From: Welwitschia mirabilis
Lineage: Eukaryota
Direction: 5' to 3'
Assembly: GCA_051453625.1 (NCBI GenBank)
Contig: JBOZIK010000001.1
Coordinates: forward strand, 46,791,568-46,855,567
Length of the DNA stretch: 64,000 nucleotides
Shown: positions 13,048 to 27,464 of the stretch, one piece after another
How the letters are laid out: each line of letters starts with the position of its first letter
How positions within the stretch are numbered: position 1 is the first letter of the stretch
Notes under the pieces: generated by a model
What the model saw: the letters and a program-made list of their open reading frames with translations, nothing else
Databases searched by the model: none
What the model was told of the DNA's origin: nothing
Translations under genes and position numbers: made by a program

Positions 13048-15817
13048 ATATTTTGAAATCCATTTGAAACCAAAGGTAGTGATGGACACTCATAGTCTTA
13101 AATTACAAAACTAAGCCCATCACAAAATGCAAAATGGCAAGAAAACTTTTTCTAAAAATTCAAGGCATAGGAGCTTTAAGGATTCTTCATGCAAAGCAAC
13201 TCAAGAATTTTATTAATAATAGATTAATTTATATGACAAAATTTGCAATATCTAGATTTAACTAACTCCTAATTTGTGATTCCACATCCTAATAAATGTG
13301 GATGTACACTAATTCATGCATAAAATAAAAATAAAACCCAATAAAGCCCCTTAATGTGAAGTTTGAAATATGAGAACTTGGACATTATATAATTACTAGA
13401 ACATTCTTATAACATAGATTTCATATAGAATTGATGACATCAAGTATGAATTAATCATTACAAAGTGAAATAACCACAACAACATAGATTAACCATGATA
13501 ACATAGACTAATCATGATAAACTAGACTAACTAGGACAAACTAGACTAACCACAATAATGGGACTAACCCAAAGATAACATAAATGGAACCAACTCAACT
13601 ATGGGTTTTACACAAAAAAAGAGGACTAACTCAATCCATTTTCATATGAAATCTAATTTAAAAAGAGTGTCCCATACCACTCTTTAATGATATTAATTTT
13701 CACATGAAAATGAAAAGCCTCACCAAAAAGTATGGTTGGGACAAGCCTCCAACCTAGCTTTAACATGAAACTTGATGGGAGTTAGTAATATTTTACCCCA
13801 AAAAGATAAGCCATCTTTAAATTGCAATATTAATGAACCCCATTAATACAAATTTCTTAAACAAATAATCCCAAATGCAAATTAATTAAGCATGGTGCAA
13901 TTTTTAACCATCCTTATAGTTAAATACCTAAAACATTTTTAGGCCCTTCTTTAATAACTTATCTTTTAAAAATAATGAGACATACCCATGTCTATTAAAT
14001 ATTTATTATACCAGATCAGATTTTAAAAATGATCCAACATCTTTAGTACTATTAAAAACCAAAGAAAAACTGGTGCTCATGGTAACTGATTACTAGTAAT
14101 GTTTGATCTACCTTTAGTAGTTGTTTCAATTTCATATCACTCTACAATTTCCCTCCTTTATCACTTTAAGCTTTTTCATCTCTTTGTCTTTTATCCACAT
14201 AGCTTATTGAATATTAAATATTTCACAAATTTTTAAAAATCATAATAAATGTATATGTTTGACAAAGATTCAACAACAATAGATGCCACTAGGGAAGAAC
14301 TGCTTATAGACTCCAAAACGAAATCTCATTTTATTAGATCTATAAGAATCCATAACTTCCTTGCTATATTTGAGAAAAATAATCAAAAATCGATTGTTTG
14401 TACATCTCTATAGAAATGAGGGTTAGATGTTGCTATTTGCTTATAGAAAAGATTAGAATAGACTTGTTGTATTTATCAGTGTCAATGACATGAGAATGAA
14501 TAAAAATTTGTTAAAATTTCCTTTTCCTTGGTGGAATCATTGGAGCATGGTAAGAAGCTTACTAATCAGTTGTTCCATAGGATCTGATCTTACTAGAAAT
14601 GTATCCTATCTTTCTTTCATACTGGTNNNNNNNNNNNNNNNNNNNNNNNNNNNNNNNNNNNNNNNNNNNNNNNNNNNNNNNNNNNNNNNNNNNNNNNNNN
14701 NNNNNNNNNNNNNNNNNNNNNNNNNNTATCTTTCTTTCATACTGGTATTCATGATTTGATATCTTTATAGATTTCCTTCATTAAAACTGTTACTCCATTT
14801 TAGATAACTGATATACTAAACCACATAAGCAACTACCTACATAAAATCCCTAGGTGTAATCCTAACTCCTATTTTCTTTTCTTTATATTGCAGAAAGCTT
14901 TTCCTTCTTGGTGTCTATAAGAACCTTTACTAAACATCTAGAGGTTTTAAAATTCATAACAACAGAGATGTGGCTTAGATAGCTAGGACTCTCCTCAACA
15001 TTTTGGCTATGCATCATATATACTTCCTATGAACTAGGTAATAATTTATTGAAGAAAGAATATCCTTGAGTGAAATGAAGATTTTCATAGAGAGTCAAAG
15101 TCATAGAAGTACATGATTTTCTAGGTAGAGATCAAAGACCTCATTACTTCTATGAAATTTCAAGGAGAAGATGCTTAAGGCTTTTAAAGCAAAAGAAAAA
15201 GGAAAAAAAAAGCAAAGGAGCAGTAAAGGGGAAATGGTTCAACTAAAGAAGATAAGTCAAGATATATTTGTGTGGTTACATAAAAGGAAGAGCACAAATA
15301 AAAATTCTAGAAAAATGCAAATTGTGGGATGATTCCTATAAGTAAATGAAACCCTAGCCAACAATTTTAAAATCCTTCAATTCAAATTCATATGCTTCTG
15401 CATGATCATAGATAGGAATTTAGAACTATGAGAAAACACAAAAATGGAGGGTCAATTAGGATGTGCATAATTACAAGGCTAGTGTTTAAGCTAATATCCT
15501 ACCCTGCTCTTATATCATTTAAAGGGTATTTTAAAATCCATTTGCAATCAAAGTTACTGATGAGTACTTAGAGTCTCAAATTACAAAATGAATTCCAACA
15601 TAAAATGCAAAATGATGAAAAAGATTTTCTTAAGAATTCAAGCCAATAGAGATTTGAGGGTTCTTCATAAAAAGTGGTTCAAGAATTTTATTAATATTGG
15701 ATTAACTTATATGAGAAGCTTTGTCATATTTGGACTAAACTAACTTCTAATTTGTCGTTTCACATGCCAACAAATGTGGATACACACTAACCCATGTTTA
15801 AAATAAAACTAAATCCT
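13048..15817. repeat. Pair of ~290-bp diverged direct repeats (13048-13339 and 15527-15817)
   Basis: Collinear by eye from TATTTT(G/A)AAATCCATTTG through TCAAGAATTTTATTAATA to AAATGTGGAT...AAAATAAAA. Confidence 0.8.
13482..13578. repeat. 19-bp tandem repeat, ~5 degenerate copies
   Basis: ACATAGA(T/C)TAACCATGATA-like units. Confidence 0.7.
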
Positions 15818-17899
15818 AAGAATTTCATATTCTAAATTAGGCTATTCTAAGATAGTTAGCTTATTCTAGTATAGTCTAAATTGGGCTATAAACTTTTAAC
15901 TTAATCTTAAAAGACTATTATAAGTTATTTGTATTTTTTTTGTATAGTGCATTATACCATTCTTCATACATTCCTATGTATTTATATGTCTCATGTCAAA
16001 TGCAAAGGAAAAACTATAAAATATATGGATTATAATTCTAATCATTGATGTTCCTTTGACATTCTTTTCCCTTTTAACAAACACTTTCTTAAGATCTAGT
16101 TTTATTAAAGTCACAATGGTAATAACTAAGAATGAAGTAGTAAGGGAATAATGATATTATAAAATAATTATAATGGGAAGATGATGGAGATTTCACATAA
16201 TTAACATGTGATCATTTTCATAAACATTTAAAAATAAGTTTATTAGATCCGAGTATAACATAAATACTTGATAGAGTGAGGAATAGTAATATTATACTAA
16301 CATATTTCTTTGAGGAAAGGAAACTTAAGATTCCCCTCTTTCACCTAAATTTATTTTATTCTTTTTGTAAGAAAAATTATTTATACATGGATTTGAATTC
16401 AATGAGCCTTTTTTCTTTCTTTTTTCCCTTCGTCCTTTTTTTTTGAAGAAGAAGCTTAACTATGATATTTTACATTTTCTAACCATACTTTTAAATCTTA
16501 GGCATTCTTCAAAATAACATTTCTACATAAATTCCAAACAATTTAGTTATATTGAACATGAGAAACCAATGTTAAGCATAAGGAAGGAGAAGTATTCAAT
16601 GAGTTTATGGATTAGATATCAAATCTTACTTGCTAAATTCCTTAAATATGATATTGATGTAAAATAAAGAACTAGAATCCTATTAAAATAATTATTAGGA
16701 TCTATCTTAGAAAACTTAGATGTGTTATATAAAGAGAATACTAAAAAATCATAATACAAAAGTTATTAAAGAAAACCTTTTGTAGCTTTATGTAATAAGC
16801 CAAGGACAAGCTAAAGAGAACAAATGAAGAGGTAAGTAAAGAGTTATAACTATACTAACATCATAAAATAAGTATATAAGAATTTCATTAATAATATCAA
16901 AACTAGAAAAGATAAAAGTGGCTAAAATGGAAGAAGAATATGAGATGTTACACACATGTTATGAAGAGAAAGATCATTAAGTTATAGACTATTCATGGAT
17001 GTAGATAGTTATCTAATGGTTGGATTTATATAGAATAATTTGCAATTCACATAATTCTTTATGGTTTTAAAAAAAGCCTTATTCATACAAGCAAGAAGCC
17101 AAACGAAAAATAATTTTAAAAATCCTATGCAATAATATGCATGATTGCATGTAATTTGCTCTAAAGATAACAAGTTATAAGGATCCTTATCCTATTAAGA
17201 AATAAGTTATCTAATTTAATCAGATAATTAATATACATATATTAATTAATTAAGTCTTATAAAATGATTTTGTTATTTTAAGAAATAAGATACTTTATAA
17301 GCATGTTCTTGAAGTTAAACGTTAATAAGTATATATAATTTCAAGAAATAAGTTTAGTAATTTAATATCAGTTTATGTTGCTTTAACATCCCTTCAAAGG
17401 TAGATATATTATTAACATACATATAAAGAAAGTATCACTATATTCTAATGATCTAGTAGCACTTCCATAACTTTGTGGTTGTGAGTTCAATTCTAGTGAT
17501 AATATGACTCCTATAAAACATTTGATTACTTATTGATAAGAGTGCATTGCATCAAAGAAACTCCTATTTGATGTATCTTAACCATAAAGATAACAATTAT
17601 TACTGAGAGTATTTACATTTTAGCCCATGCAAAGTTTTTTAGCTTGTAAAATCATTTTCAACTACAAAATAATTTTCTGCATAAAATGAAAAAGAAATTA
17701 NNNNNNNNNNNNNNNNNNNNNNNNNNNNNNNNNNNNNNNNNNNNNNNNNNNNNNNNNNNNNNNNNNNNNNNNNNNNNNNNNNNNNNNNNNNNNNNNNNNN
17801 NNNNNNNNNNNNNNNNNNNNNNNNNNNNNNNNNNNNNNNNNNNNNNNNNNNNNNNNNNNNNNNNNNATTCAAACCCTTGGCATTTAAAGTACAACATCT

Positions 17900-20800
17900 A
17901 AAGAATGTCATTGAGGATTTTATGATACTTATTCTAGATACCGTAAATCACTAGCATAAAGAAGTTTATAATAGATGGAAAAACAAGACAATGTTATTTT
18001 ACAAAAGACAGATGAGCTAAATACTAAAACATCTTAGATTTCTGCTTTGTTTGAGAAGAATGGGTAAAGTAAAGGTAAGGTATCAAATGTTAGTCAAGTA
18101 ATTTTTGATACTTTGAAGGAGAAAGATGAAAACCAGTAGAAAGCATTAAACCTTCATTTAGCAAGGATCCCTAAATGAGAGGATAAGTAACTATTCAAAG
18201 AAATTTAATGAAAAAAAAAATGCATGTTCTAAAGAAACCTATTATAAAGGCATATAGGATAGGTCAAAAACGAGTAAGCACTATTACATTATCTTTAAGT
18301 TTAAAGATGCTTGAGTAAGTGAAAAGATATGGAACATTCATAACAACCTTAAAGAAAAAAATATTTAGATAAATGAAGATCTCATATGAAAGGAGTTTGT
18401 GAAGAAAATAAAAGAATAGTGAAATGCTAAAGAAGCAAGAGCAAATAAGTAATAGAACAAAGTGAAATTGCTTATTTAAATGGGAGGTATGTTGTTGTCA
18501 TTAATGAATTAAATAAATAGGACTTTTACTTCTTGCATTGTGATTTGTTGAATGTATGACAAATTTACTAGATTATACCATACTACTTTAGTCAATAAGT
18601 TTGACATTTTTGACATTACTAAAACATGGGAAACTAATAATTTCTCATGTTGAGTAATCCTTGGACTTTTGGTATGATATTTTCCTAATGAATAATGGGA
18701 AGAAAAAGGATGTTCATTTATAAGTTTATCTATTTTACTTTGTAATAGCTTAGGAAAATCTATCAAAATTAACAAGTCAAATGACAATATTTAATATGTT
18801 TGATTGAATATTAATTAAAGTTAGTTTCTTGAATTTTGTTATTTTCTCCATGGAATGTAACCTTATATAAGTAAGAAANNNNNNNNNNAAAGCATATCAC
18901 AAGATTTTCCTTTTCAAGATCTTGGTATGGCTATTACTACTTCCTCTCAAATAGAAAATATTTTTATTTATAGAGAATCTAATGCTAAGATTAGTCTTAG
19001 GTAGATTTTTTCACTCATTGGGGTTTCTAAGGTTACTTAAAAATAGATATTATTACAAATTTTGTAGATACAAGTACAAATTTTAGAGGAAAGAATTTGT
19101 TGGATTGGGGAGAGAAATACTAGATTGCTTAGTTTTGAATAAAATTAAAAAATTTTCAAATTTAAAAAACTTCACTTTTTAGGACTCACAAGGTTGATAA
19201 GAATTAATGAATTCAATTATGTGATCTGCTAATTGAATCTATATGGCACTAGCCATATTTTGCTCTCTCAACTAAGTCTTTTTTTTTTTTTATTTGGAAA
19301 GAAATAAGCATTATATTAAATAAGATAATTTACATAGGAGGGCAAAAATGCCCTAACTTGAGAGGGAAAAAAACTTGATTGGCAAAAAGAAAACTATCCT
19401 GCTATAGTTGTAGGAACTTATTGTATACAATGCAAAATTATTAGTGATAGCACTCTTAATCACTATGATTAAGTAAGAGCTAGTAAAAACTAGAGCTAAA
19501 ATAAGGATAACTAGAAAATATAGGGGATTAATATCCCTTGAAATTATGATAGAGGTTGCCATGATGGTACTCAAGCAGGAATCATTCCATTACATTTGCT
19601 AATAACTCAAAGGCCTGATTTACTTCTTTGAACTCTTCAGCTCCTACTCAGTTCTTATCTAGATGCAATTTGAGTGCCTTCTTCTGATAACTTGACTTTC
19701 AATGTCTCATAGTTGAGATATATGTGAGATTCCCAAAGTCACGAAAGGCATATTTTCAAACCATGAATTATAGTAAGTAAGACTTCTCTTTTGTAAGGTC
19801 CTTGGTAATGTCTTCGTGAGGCTCTTCTTTTCTAGGGAGGAAACTGAAGGTGAATTTGACTCTTAGTTGCAATTAGGGCTACCTTCTATTTAGGGGGATT
19901 CTTGATCATGGCCTTGGGATGATTGCTCCTGTTCTTGGGATTCAATTATGGAATTTTCTTGAACTGTCTCTTCCTGTTTTGGGGGCAAATTTACCTTTTC
20001 TATTCAATATTCCTAGGACATATTCATCCTTCCCTAAGAGTGGAGACTTCCTAGCTCAGAATCCATCTTAGGATAAGAGGATTCATTAGCTATAGCCATC
20101 CTCTTCAATTTTCCCTTGGGAGGGATCTCTTAAGAGTTACATCACCAAATGGAAAGGGGAGAGAGGGGAAGAAGGAGGGGCCTCACTTGCCATCTGGCCT
20201 CTTGTGGCATTTTAGAGAGTTATAATTAGTCCTGAGTATCCCATTAAGCCTTTACGTTATAACGCTTAGATAAAGAAGTGAGGGAGGTTAATCTGATTCC
20301 CTAGGTCTATAGCTTTAAGGAAGGTGAAATGTAAGCCTGACGATTTTGAACAATAGTTGGATTGAATGAAATAGTAGTCTATCATCTTGACCCCTAAAGC
20401 CCATAGGGGCAGAAGAGTCTTATGGCTGATATGACCACTAGATAATTTTGGAATACCACTTGAAAACAAATGGGATGCCTCTTGCTACCCTATGCTCCTA
20501 AGGGGAATTATTTCCCCTACTGCTAGAATGTCTAAGAGGTGAGAGATAGAGTCTTCTATTATCTTAATTGAGATTCTTCTGAATGTAGCTTTTTGCCCTC
20601 TCCATCTTCTATAAAATGGGGTGATATTAGTCTTTGGTTCTCCTTTGAGCTTATGCAAGAGATCTCCCCATCCTAAATCCTGCACCTTATCCTAAAGCTC
20701 AAGGCACATTCGAACAAGCTAGTAACTAGTGGTGCAGTAATTGGAGTTACTCCCATAGATANNNNNNNNNNNNNNNNNNTTTTTTGCATGTCTCAGATAT

Positions 20801-23800
20801 GCTACAGTGGTTGTAATATCTCATTATGATTGTCATTAATTCAGAGCTTCATATGCATTGATGGAAGAGATGTTGAGCATCTTCTTAACAAGATTGGTAA
20901 ATCAGACAAGTGAAGTTAACCTACAAGCCATGCTTAAGCAATTGGTCTCTTATAAGAATTTGATTGTATTCCTTCAACAAACAGAATATCTTAATTTTAT
21001 CTAAAATCTGCCCCTTCTAAAACTTTTTACAAGTACTATTTTTCCCATGCTTTTCAATGAGGATTTATTTGATCATGTCTTCATTTTAAATGTTAATTCC
21101 ATTAAGTTTCTTCTAGCTTTGTAGAGGTGTTTCTTAAGATAAGATTATTTATAAGATTACTCTAAGGTTGCCCTCCCTTTGACAGTCTTTTGAAAACTTA
21201 GTGTGCACTAGTGAGAAGACAGTCTTTTGGCCTTTGAACTTCCCAACCTCCTGACTCCTTAGGATGAGCTATAATCTTCCATTTACAAAGATGAATGCGA
21301 TTTCTATCTTCACCTCCCAACCAAATGAAGTCCTTTAATATTCTATTGAATTTTTTTGATCATGTTCTTTAGGAGGCGATAATGGAGATAATGTATTTAA
21401 AAGAAGATATTATGCACAAATTTCCTAAAATGATCTTTGTTTATAAGAAAAAAAATTTTTCTGCCAGGTGTTTCATTATCTCTGGATTAATTCTCGGATG
21501 TAATTCTAAGTAAGGGTCTTGTGCTAATTCCATAGTGAGATTCTAACATAGATGTCCTAAAGGTCTCCAACTTTGGTGTTTATGATTTTGGCAATTTCGC
21601 CTCCTCTGATAATGCTTCTACCCAAAATGTGAGATCTAGATTTATTCTAATTAGTTCGGAGGCCCATGGCTTCTACAAAGAGATTCATGGAGTTCTTAAT
21701 GGCTCTTGCTTACTAGTAGGAGGCTTTATTCATGATAATTATATCATTGGCATATGACTACTAACAAAATATCTGACTTTCTATTGTAATGTATGTTACT
21801 CCATTACTTTTAATAAATCCCTGTAAGACATTCATAATGAATAGAAAAAGATATGGGAATAAAGGGTTCCCTTGACTTAGTCCTTGACCTACTAAAAAAA
21901 ACTTGGATCTGTGGTCGTTAACTTCCACTCTAAATTTAGCAAAGGCTTGTATATCTAACCATACGTTAATGATATATGAGTTAAATCTAGTTTTTCTAAG
22001 CATACAACTTAATACTTACTAACTAATAAAGTTATAAGCCTTTGTTATGTCTACTTTAGCAATAAGTAAAGGAAATTTATGCTTTTTAATAGAATGAATA
22101 ATTTCATATGTTAAGAGAATTTGGTTCTGAATGTACCTAGATCGAATGAAATCTTAGTTCTCGGAGATCAATTTGGGGAGTAGGGGGATGATAACCCATC
22201 ATTATTTTTGCAAAGATCCTATAAAGAACATTATAGATACCTAATGGTCTATAGTCTTCTGGTTTATTAGCATCCTATTTTTTGAAAATGAGAACAACCT
22301 TGGTTCTATTCATTTCACCAGGGATGTGTGTATCATTTAAGATATCCTACATTTCATTGTGAAGATTGTTCCCAATAATAAGAAAGTAACTCTTAAATAG
22401 CTCGACTAGCCAACTATCTAGCCCTAGAGCTCTATTATTCTTCACTGACCTCACTACTGACTGAATTTCTTCTTTGCCCATGGGTTTAGTTAGATAAGAA
22501 TTATCTTCATTAGAAATTTTCTTATCTTTTAGAATAAGGTTAGGGGTGATATCATCCCACTTTCACATTTTATTGAAATGGATTTCCATTTTCTTAAGTA
22601 TTTTTCCTTTATTTTAGACTACCTGTTTCCTAATGATAAGCCTTCATATTTTGTTATCTATTCTATGCTAGTTGGCTTACTAGAAGAAAAACTTAGTGTG
22701 TTTGTTCCCCTTCTTAAGATACTTAACCCTTGATCTTTTCTTCAGTAATTTTCCTCATCCACATTTATTTCTTAGAGTTCCATAAGGCATTGGTATTTCT
22801 TTCTATAGAGGCAATTTTGATCTCCTCCATATTCTTGCTTAGTTTGAATTTTTTGTAACTCTTCCTTTAGGTTTTTTTATCTAAATATTTCCTTATCCTT
22901 CCTCCTCCAGTCCTTGATGTGTGCTTTAAGGATGTTTAAGCCTCTGTAGAGAAAAGTGAGTGGGGTGGGTGTCATCATATTGACTCCATATCTTTTCGAC
23001 TAATGTTTTGGTTTTTGTCCTTGATCTAATAGTGTTTCATCTAGATAGAGGCCTTAAGGGGTGTTATTACCTCTATTTTATACTTAATAGGCCGGTGATC
23101 GGAGGCTATTCTATTCAGCCCATAAGATTCGATTGAAAGCTTTACAATATTATTTTTCATAAGATTTTGATCTATCCTAGACATTACTTGGTTACCTTCC
23201 ATCATTCTATTAGATCATGTGCATTTACACCCTATAAGAGGTATATCCGAAAGGGCATTCTACACCATAAAGTGTCTAAGAATTGCATCCCCTCTACTGT
23301 TTGAGTTTTTGCATTCTGATTTCTCCTAGTGATGTAGACACTGATTAAAATCCCCCACTACTACTCACTTAGTCCTATCCACCACTATCCTTTGAAGATC
23401 CTCTAATATAGATGCTTTGTCTAGGTTGTTCTAAGGGCTATAAATGTTTTTTGTAATCCATCCTTCTTTTTTTAGATAAATAGTTAGATGATTCTTGCTA
23501 TTATTAACTAATTCTGCTTTCTTATTTGTGAGGATAATGAGACCTCCTTAGTTTTCTTGTGCTACAAAGGTGAAGATGTTCCACTATTTCCTAAGGTTCT
23601 CTAATTCCATGCCATATTATATTTTTATTTTCTATAAATAAACTAATTTAATATTAAATTTACTGATCAGATTTCTTAGGGTTTTTTTTTCTTGTAGGAG
23701 GATCCTAATCTCATACAATTCTAGCTGAGACAATTCATGAGGTTTGTTTTTGTCCTTTTTTGGGCACCTCTTTACCTTTTTTAAACATGTCTTTGATGGT

Positions 23801-26800
23801 TTCTTGGGAGCTATTGGACAAGTTTTCTGTAGTTTCCCTCTCTTAAAGGATTCTATTGTTGAGTCTTCCTTTCATCTGAACCTCTACATCATTTAACTCA
23901 TTTGTGTTTATTAGATTCTAGGATTGATGAGTGTTTTTGAGCTCTTCCTCCATAAGGTGTTGGAATGGGTTGTATTCCCTATCCTTTTCCTTTTTTCCTT
24001 TGGGTAGACTGTAGTATTCTTTATCATTTTCTCATTCTTCTATGTATCCTAGCAATCGTTCGAATTATGCCATGTCTTTTCATAGAAAGAGTATGTTTCC
24101 TTTTATTTTCCTTCAATATCAATAAGTCTTTTTCTTTATTCTTCCTTTTTATGGCCCTTATGCTACAATGGGAGCATATCTTTTCTGTTGTCATGCATCT
24201 TCTTGAGATGTTTCCTGATTTTTTACATATTTTACATAGAATCAGGAAGTTCTCATGAGTAACTTCGACATCATATGTGTCCCATTTAGATCTAAACTTA
24301 ATGAATTGTATCTTCTTTATTTCTTATAAATTCATTTACACACAAAATATTGTTAGGAATAATCTCGTCTATTTTATGATTATTCTATTTAGCTTTATTA
24401 GTTCTCCAAACTGAGAAGTGATTTTCTTTAAGGGATCTGCCGCTCAGAACTGCAGAGAGAACTTGTGTGTACGAATCCATATTGGCAGTTTTTCAAACAG
24501 ATTTGGGTCCGATTGTGGCCCAGCATTCATTTGGCTAAGGCTAATCCCCTTACTCTAAAAAACCAAGGTCCTCTCGTGATAACCCCATTGAATCCATTCG
24601 TTATCTAATTTAAAGAGCACTAATCCTTTCGGCATGGCTATGACATCGACTTTACTAACCCTAGTCCATTTTGTGGCTAGCCATTCTCTGATGAGATCAA
24701 GTCTAGATCTTGAACCAAATGAAACAAACTTACTAATTAAACTATATTGAAGTTTCTTCTCTATTTTCTAATACATGCCTTTATCTATGTTTAAAACTAG
24801 GGTTTTTCCCTCGTTAGAGAACTGAGTCTTCTCCATTTTGAGGCCACAAACTCCTGTTTAATCCCTACTTTGAATTAATGTAAAAATAACAAGAAAATAC
24901 CATAACTTACTTATTACTTATCTGTCTGGTGGCAGATACTGTTCCCTGTGTGCTGCAGCTTTCCAAATCTGAATCTGCCCTCACCAATTTGATACCTTCT
25001 GAACCCTAGCTTCCTCCTTTACCCCAGCTCTTAGAAACTAACTTAATCAATACTAATCTAGTTATATAGAGATGGTGAGACAAGAATAACCCTAATTAAG
25101 AGTGGTGAACAAAATTCTCAACTAAGTCTTAACTGATAAATATTAGACGAGATTAATTTCATCCCATTTAAGTAAAGCAATTAAGCTTAGTTTTTAAGCT
25201 AAAATTAAGAAGTGTTGGAATATAACTAGGAATTTAGTAGATATTTTGCTATCTGCTACTTGTCAAGTTCCTTAGGAATACCTAGCTAGTAATAAGCATT
25301 GGTTTGATAAAGAGTGTCAAGAAGTTAGATTACATTTAAAATTTAATGGTTTAGCATAAATTATTAAATTACACAAACATTTGATTAGAAAAAAGAAGAG
25401 GTAATTTATTATGGAAAGGTAAGTAAAGATTCTTCTCTTACTTGAAATGTGATCTTAAGGCTTTTAGAGATTGTGGTATAACAAGGAAAAGCTAGACTAA
25501 TAATGGTCTTTGTAAAATGCTTAGAATTTCTTTAAATGATTATTTTATGAGAAGAGGTACATGACAAGTCACTTCTCCTAGCTTAATTGATGTATGAGGA
25601 TGTGCTAAAAATATAAAAAGAGTGTTCTTTAGAGAAACTATTAATGCATAAGATTTCTATGCATAAATGATGAAGTGGGATGGACACTTAGTAGGGTAAA
25701 TAGTTTGGCACAAACTACATTATGCTTCAAAATTAGTCATGAAAGTAGTTGGTGCATTAACAAGGCAATTTATTATTTAAAACTAGTAATAAGTTTAAGA
25801 ACAATAACTATAGATTAATTGTAGTTAGAAGTATGTTTTCCATGCTTTTAGGAATTATTCTTAAATCATTAACTCAACAATTGGGTAAAGAAGAACAAAA
25901 TGCATGTAATATTTCAAGGCAGTTTTAGACATCCTCACTCTATAATTGAATGCTTGATTAGTTTGAAGCACCTTATAAATGATGATAGGAAGACCCTAGG
26001 CAAGGAACATTTATTTATTTTATGAACCTCTCTAAAATGTATGATTCTATAGCTTAAAATAAACTTTAGCAACATTTTCATAATAGTGGAAATCGTCTCG
26101 AATTAATCTATGCAATACAAAATTTATACCAAGAGGCTTACATCTAAGGCTAAAACTCCTAAGAGGCTATTATTTTTTATAACTCCCTTAGTATGAGGTA
26201 AGGTTTTCCTCTTTCTCCTATACTTTTTGGCATATTCATTACTGAATTAGAAAAATGAATGCTAAATGCACCACTTCATCATCCAAGTTACGTTTAGAAT
26301 TTTCTTATTAATTTTTTTTTCTTGTTGATGATGTTATTTTAGGGTTAAAATCTAGCAAAGGATTATAACAAATGATTATTATTTTGAAAATATCTTGTTA
26401 ACACTCTCGAATAAAAATAAATGTTCATAAAATTGAGATCATAATATGTAGAAAATGAAAGAATGATATCTCCTTCAAGATAGGGGAAATAATGGTTAAT
26501 ATTGTTCAAAATTATAAATCATTAGGCCTGAAGTCCTTGAGTAACCATAAGTGGAAATAACTAAAATTAATTATGGCATGGGATATTCAAAAGCCACTTT
26601 CTAGGCACTTGTTCAACCAATACTCTTATATGGGTGTGTTAATAGTTAAACAGTGGAACAAGTTGTAAGGCATACAAAAGCACTATTTATTAGAGTAGTT
26701 CTAGACTAAAAAAAAATTAGTATGACATCTTCCTCTTAGAAGCTATGTTATTACCTTTGGAGATAAAGACTAACTGTTAGTTTATCCCATATGTTTGTAA

Positions 26801-27410
26801 TGTAGCTAATTCAACAAACAATAAATTCTCTAAGTTAGTAATTTAGATTAGTCAATAAAAAGGCTAATACCATTATGGATAATTTTCATACCAAAGATGG
26901 AACATAGACAATCAAGTCTTGTATTACACTTCCAAGTAGATCCATTAAACTATCAAGGATAAGATACTACAAAAATGCTGGTCAAATGCTGAAAGTAAAA
27001 AATAATATTACTTAAATAATATGAGAAAAGACATCACTACGAAGGTAGCCTATTTAACTACTGTAACTTTTCATAATTTTTGAATTCAAATTGCTAGGTA
27101 AAGAATGGGTTCCCTTTATTTTCAAGTAGACATAGGAAAGTGGCTTAACATTACTTAAGAATATAGGACTTGTCATGTGATTAAGACGTTATTAATGATG
27201 AATATTATCTTTTTCTATAATATCATCAAACTAACATATTCAAAATAAATAGAATAGTATAACTCTTAATCTAATTAATTTGTTTCAAACTTGTCCAAAG
27301 CTGATAAATTTATAAATGAGGTTTTTGAATGGTATTCATTATATGTTGCTTCTATCCAATAAATCCTTAAGATCCTTGATCATAATAAAGATTTTAGCTT
27401 CTAGCTTTTA
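17900..27410 (+). mobile_element. Degenerate RTEX-like non-LTR retrotransposon, interrupted by the L1 at 19281-25115
   Basis: ORF1 traces AYRIGQK (18250), INEDL (18369), AYLNGRYVVVIN. Endonuclease trace FDIFDITKTW (18600). After the L1: WFDKECQE (25300), NNYRLI, QGSFR, MNLSKMYDSI, *GFPLSPILFGIFI, LVDDVIL, YKSLG, QPILLYG, IAR*RMGSLYFQVDIGKW...RTC...NDEYY. The clade name is inferred from motif recall. Confidence 0.7.
19281..25115 (-). mobile_element. Full-length decayed L1-clade LINE (LINE A)
   Basis: 15-bp TSD TCTCAACTAAGTCTT at 19266-19280 and 25116-25130. Poly(A) tail (poly-T at 19281-19291). DUF4283-like ORF1 at ~24840-23740. ORF2 starts MNCLS*NCMRLG (23738), then GDFNQ, SDHRPI, QGNPLFPYLF, YANDI. 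Many stops. Confidence 0.92.
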
Positions 27411-27464
27411 ATATATTCAACATTTAAAACATAACCATGGTTGACAATAGCTAATAAACTTTTT

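Noticed and set aside
23965..24258. Hydrophobic membrane-protein-like ORFs (also 27654-27875, 31861-32073, 32238-32435)
   Set aside because: Antisense frames of purine-rich LINE sequence.
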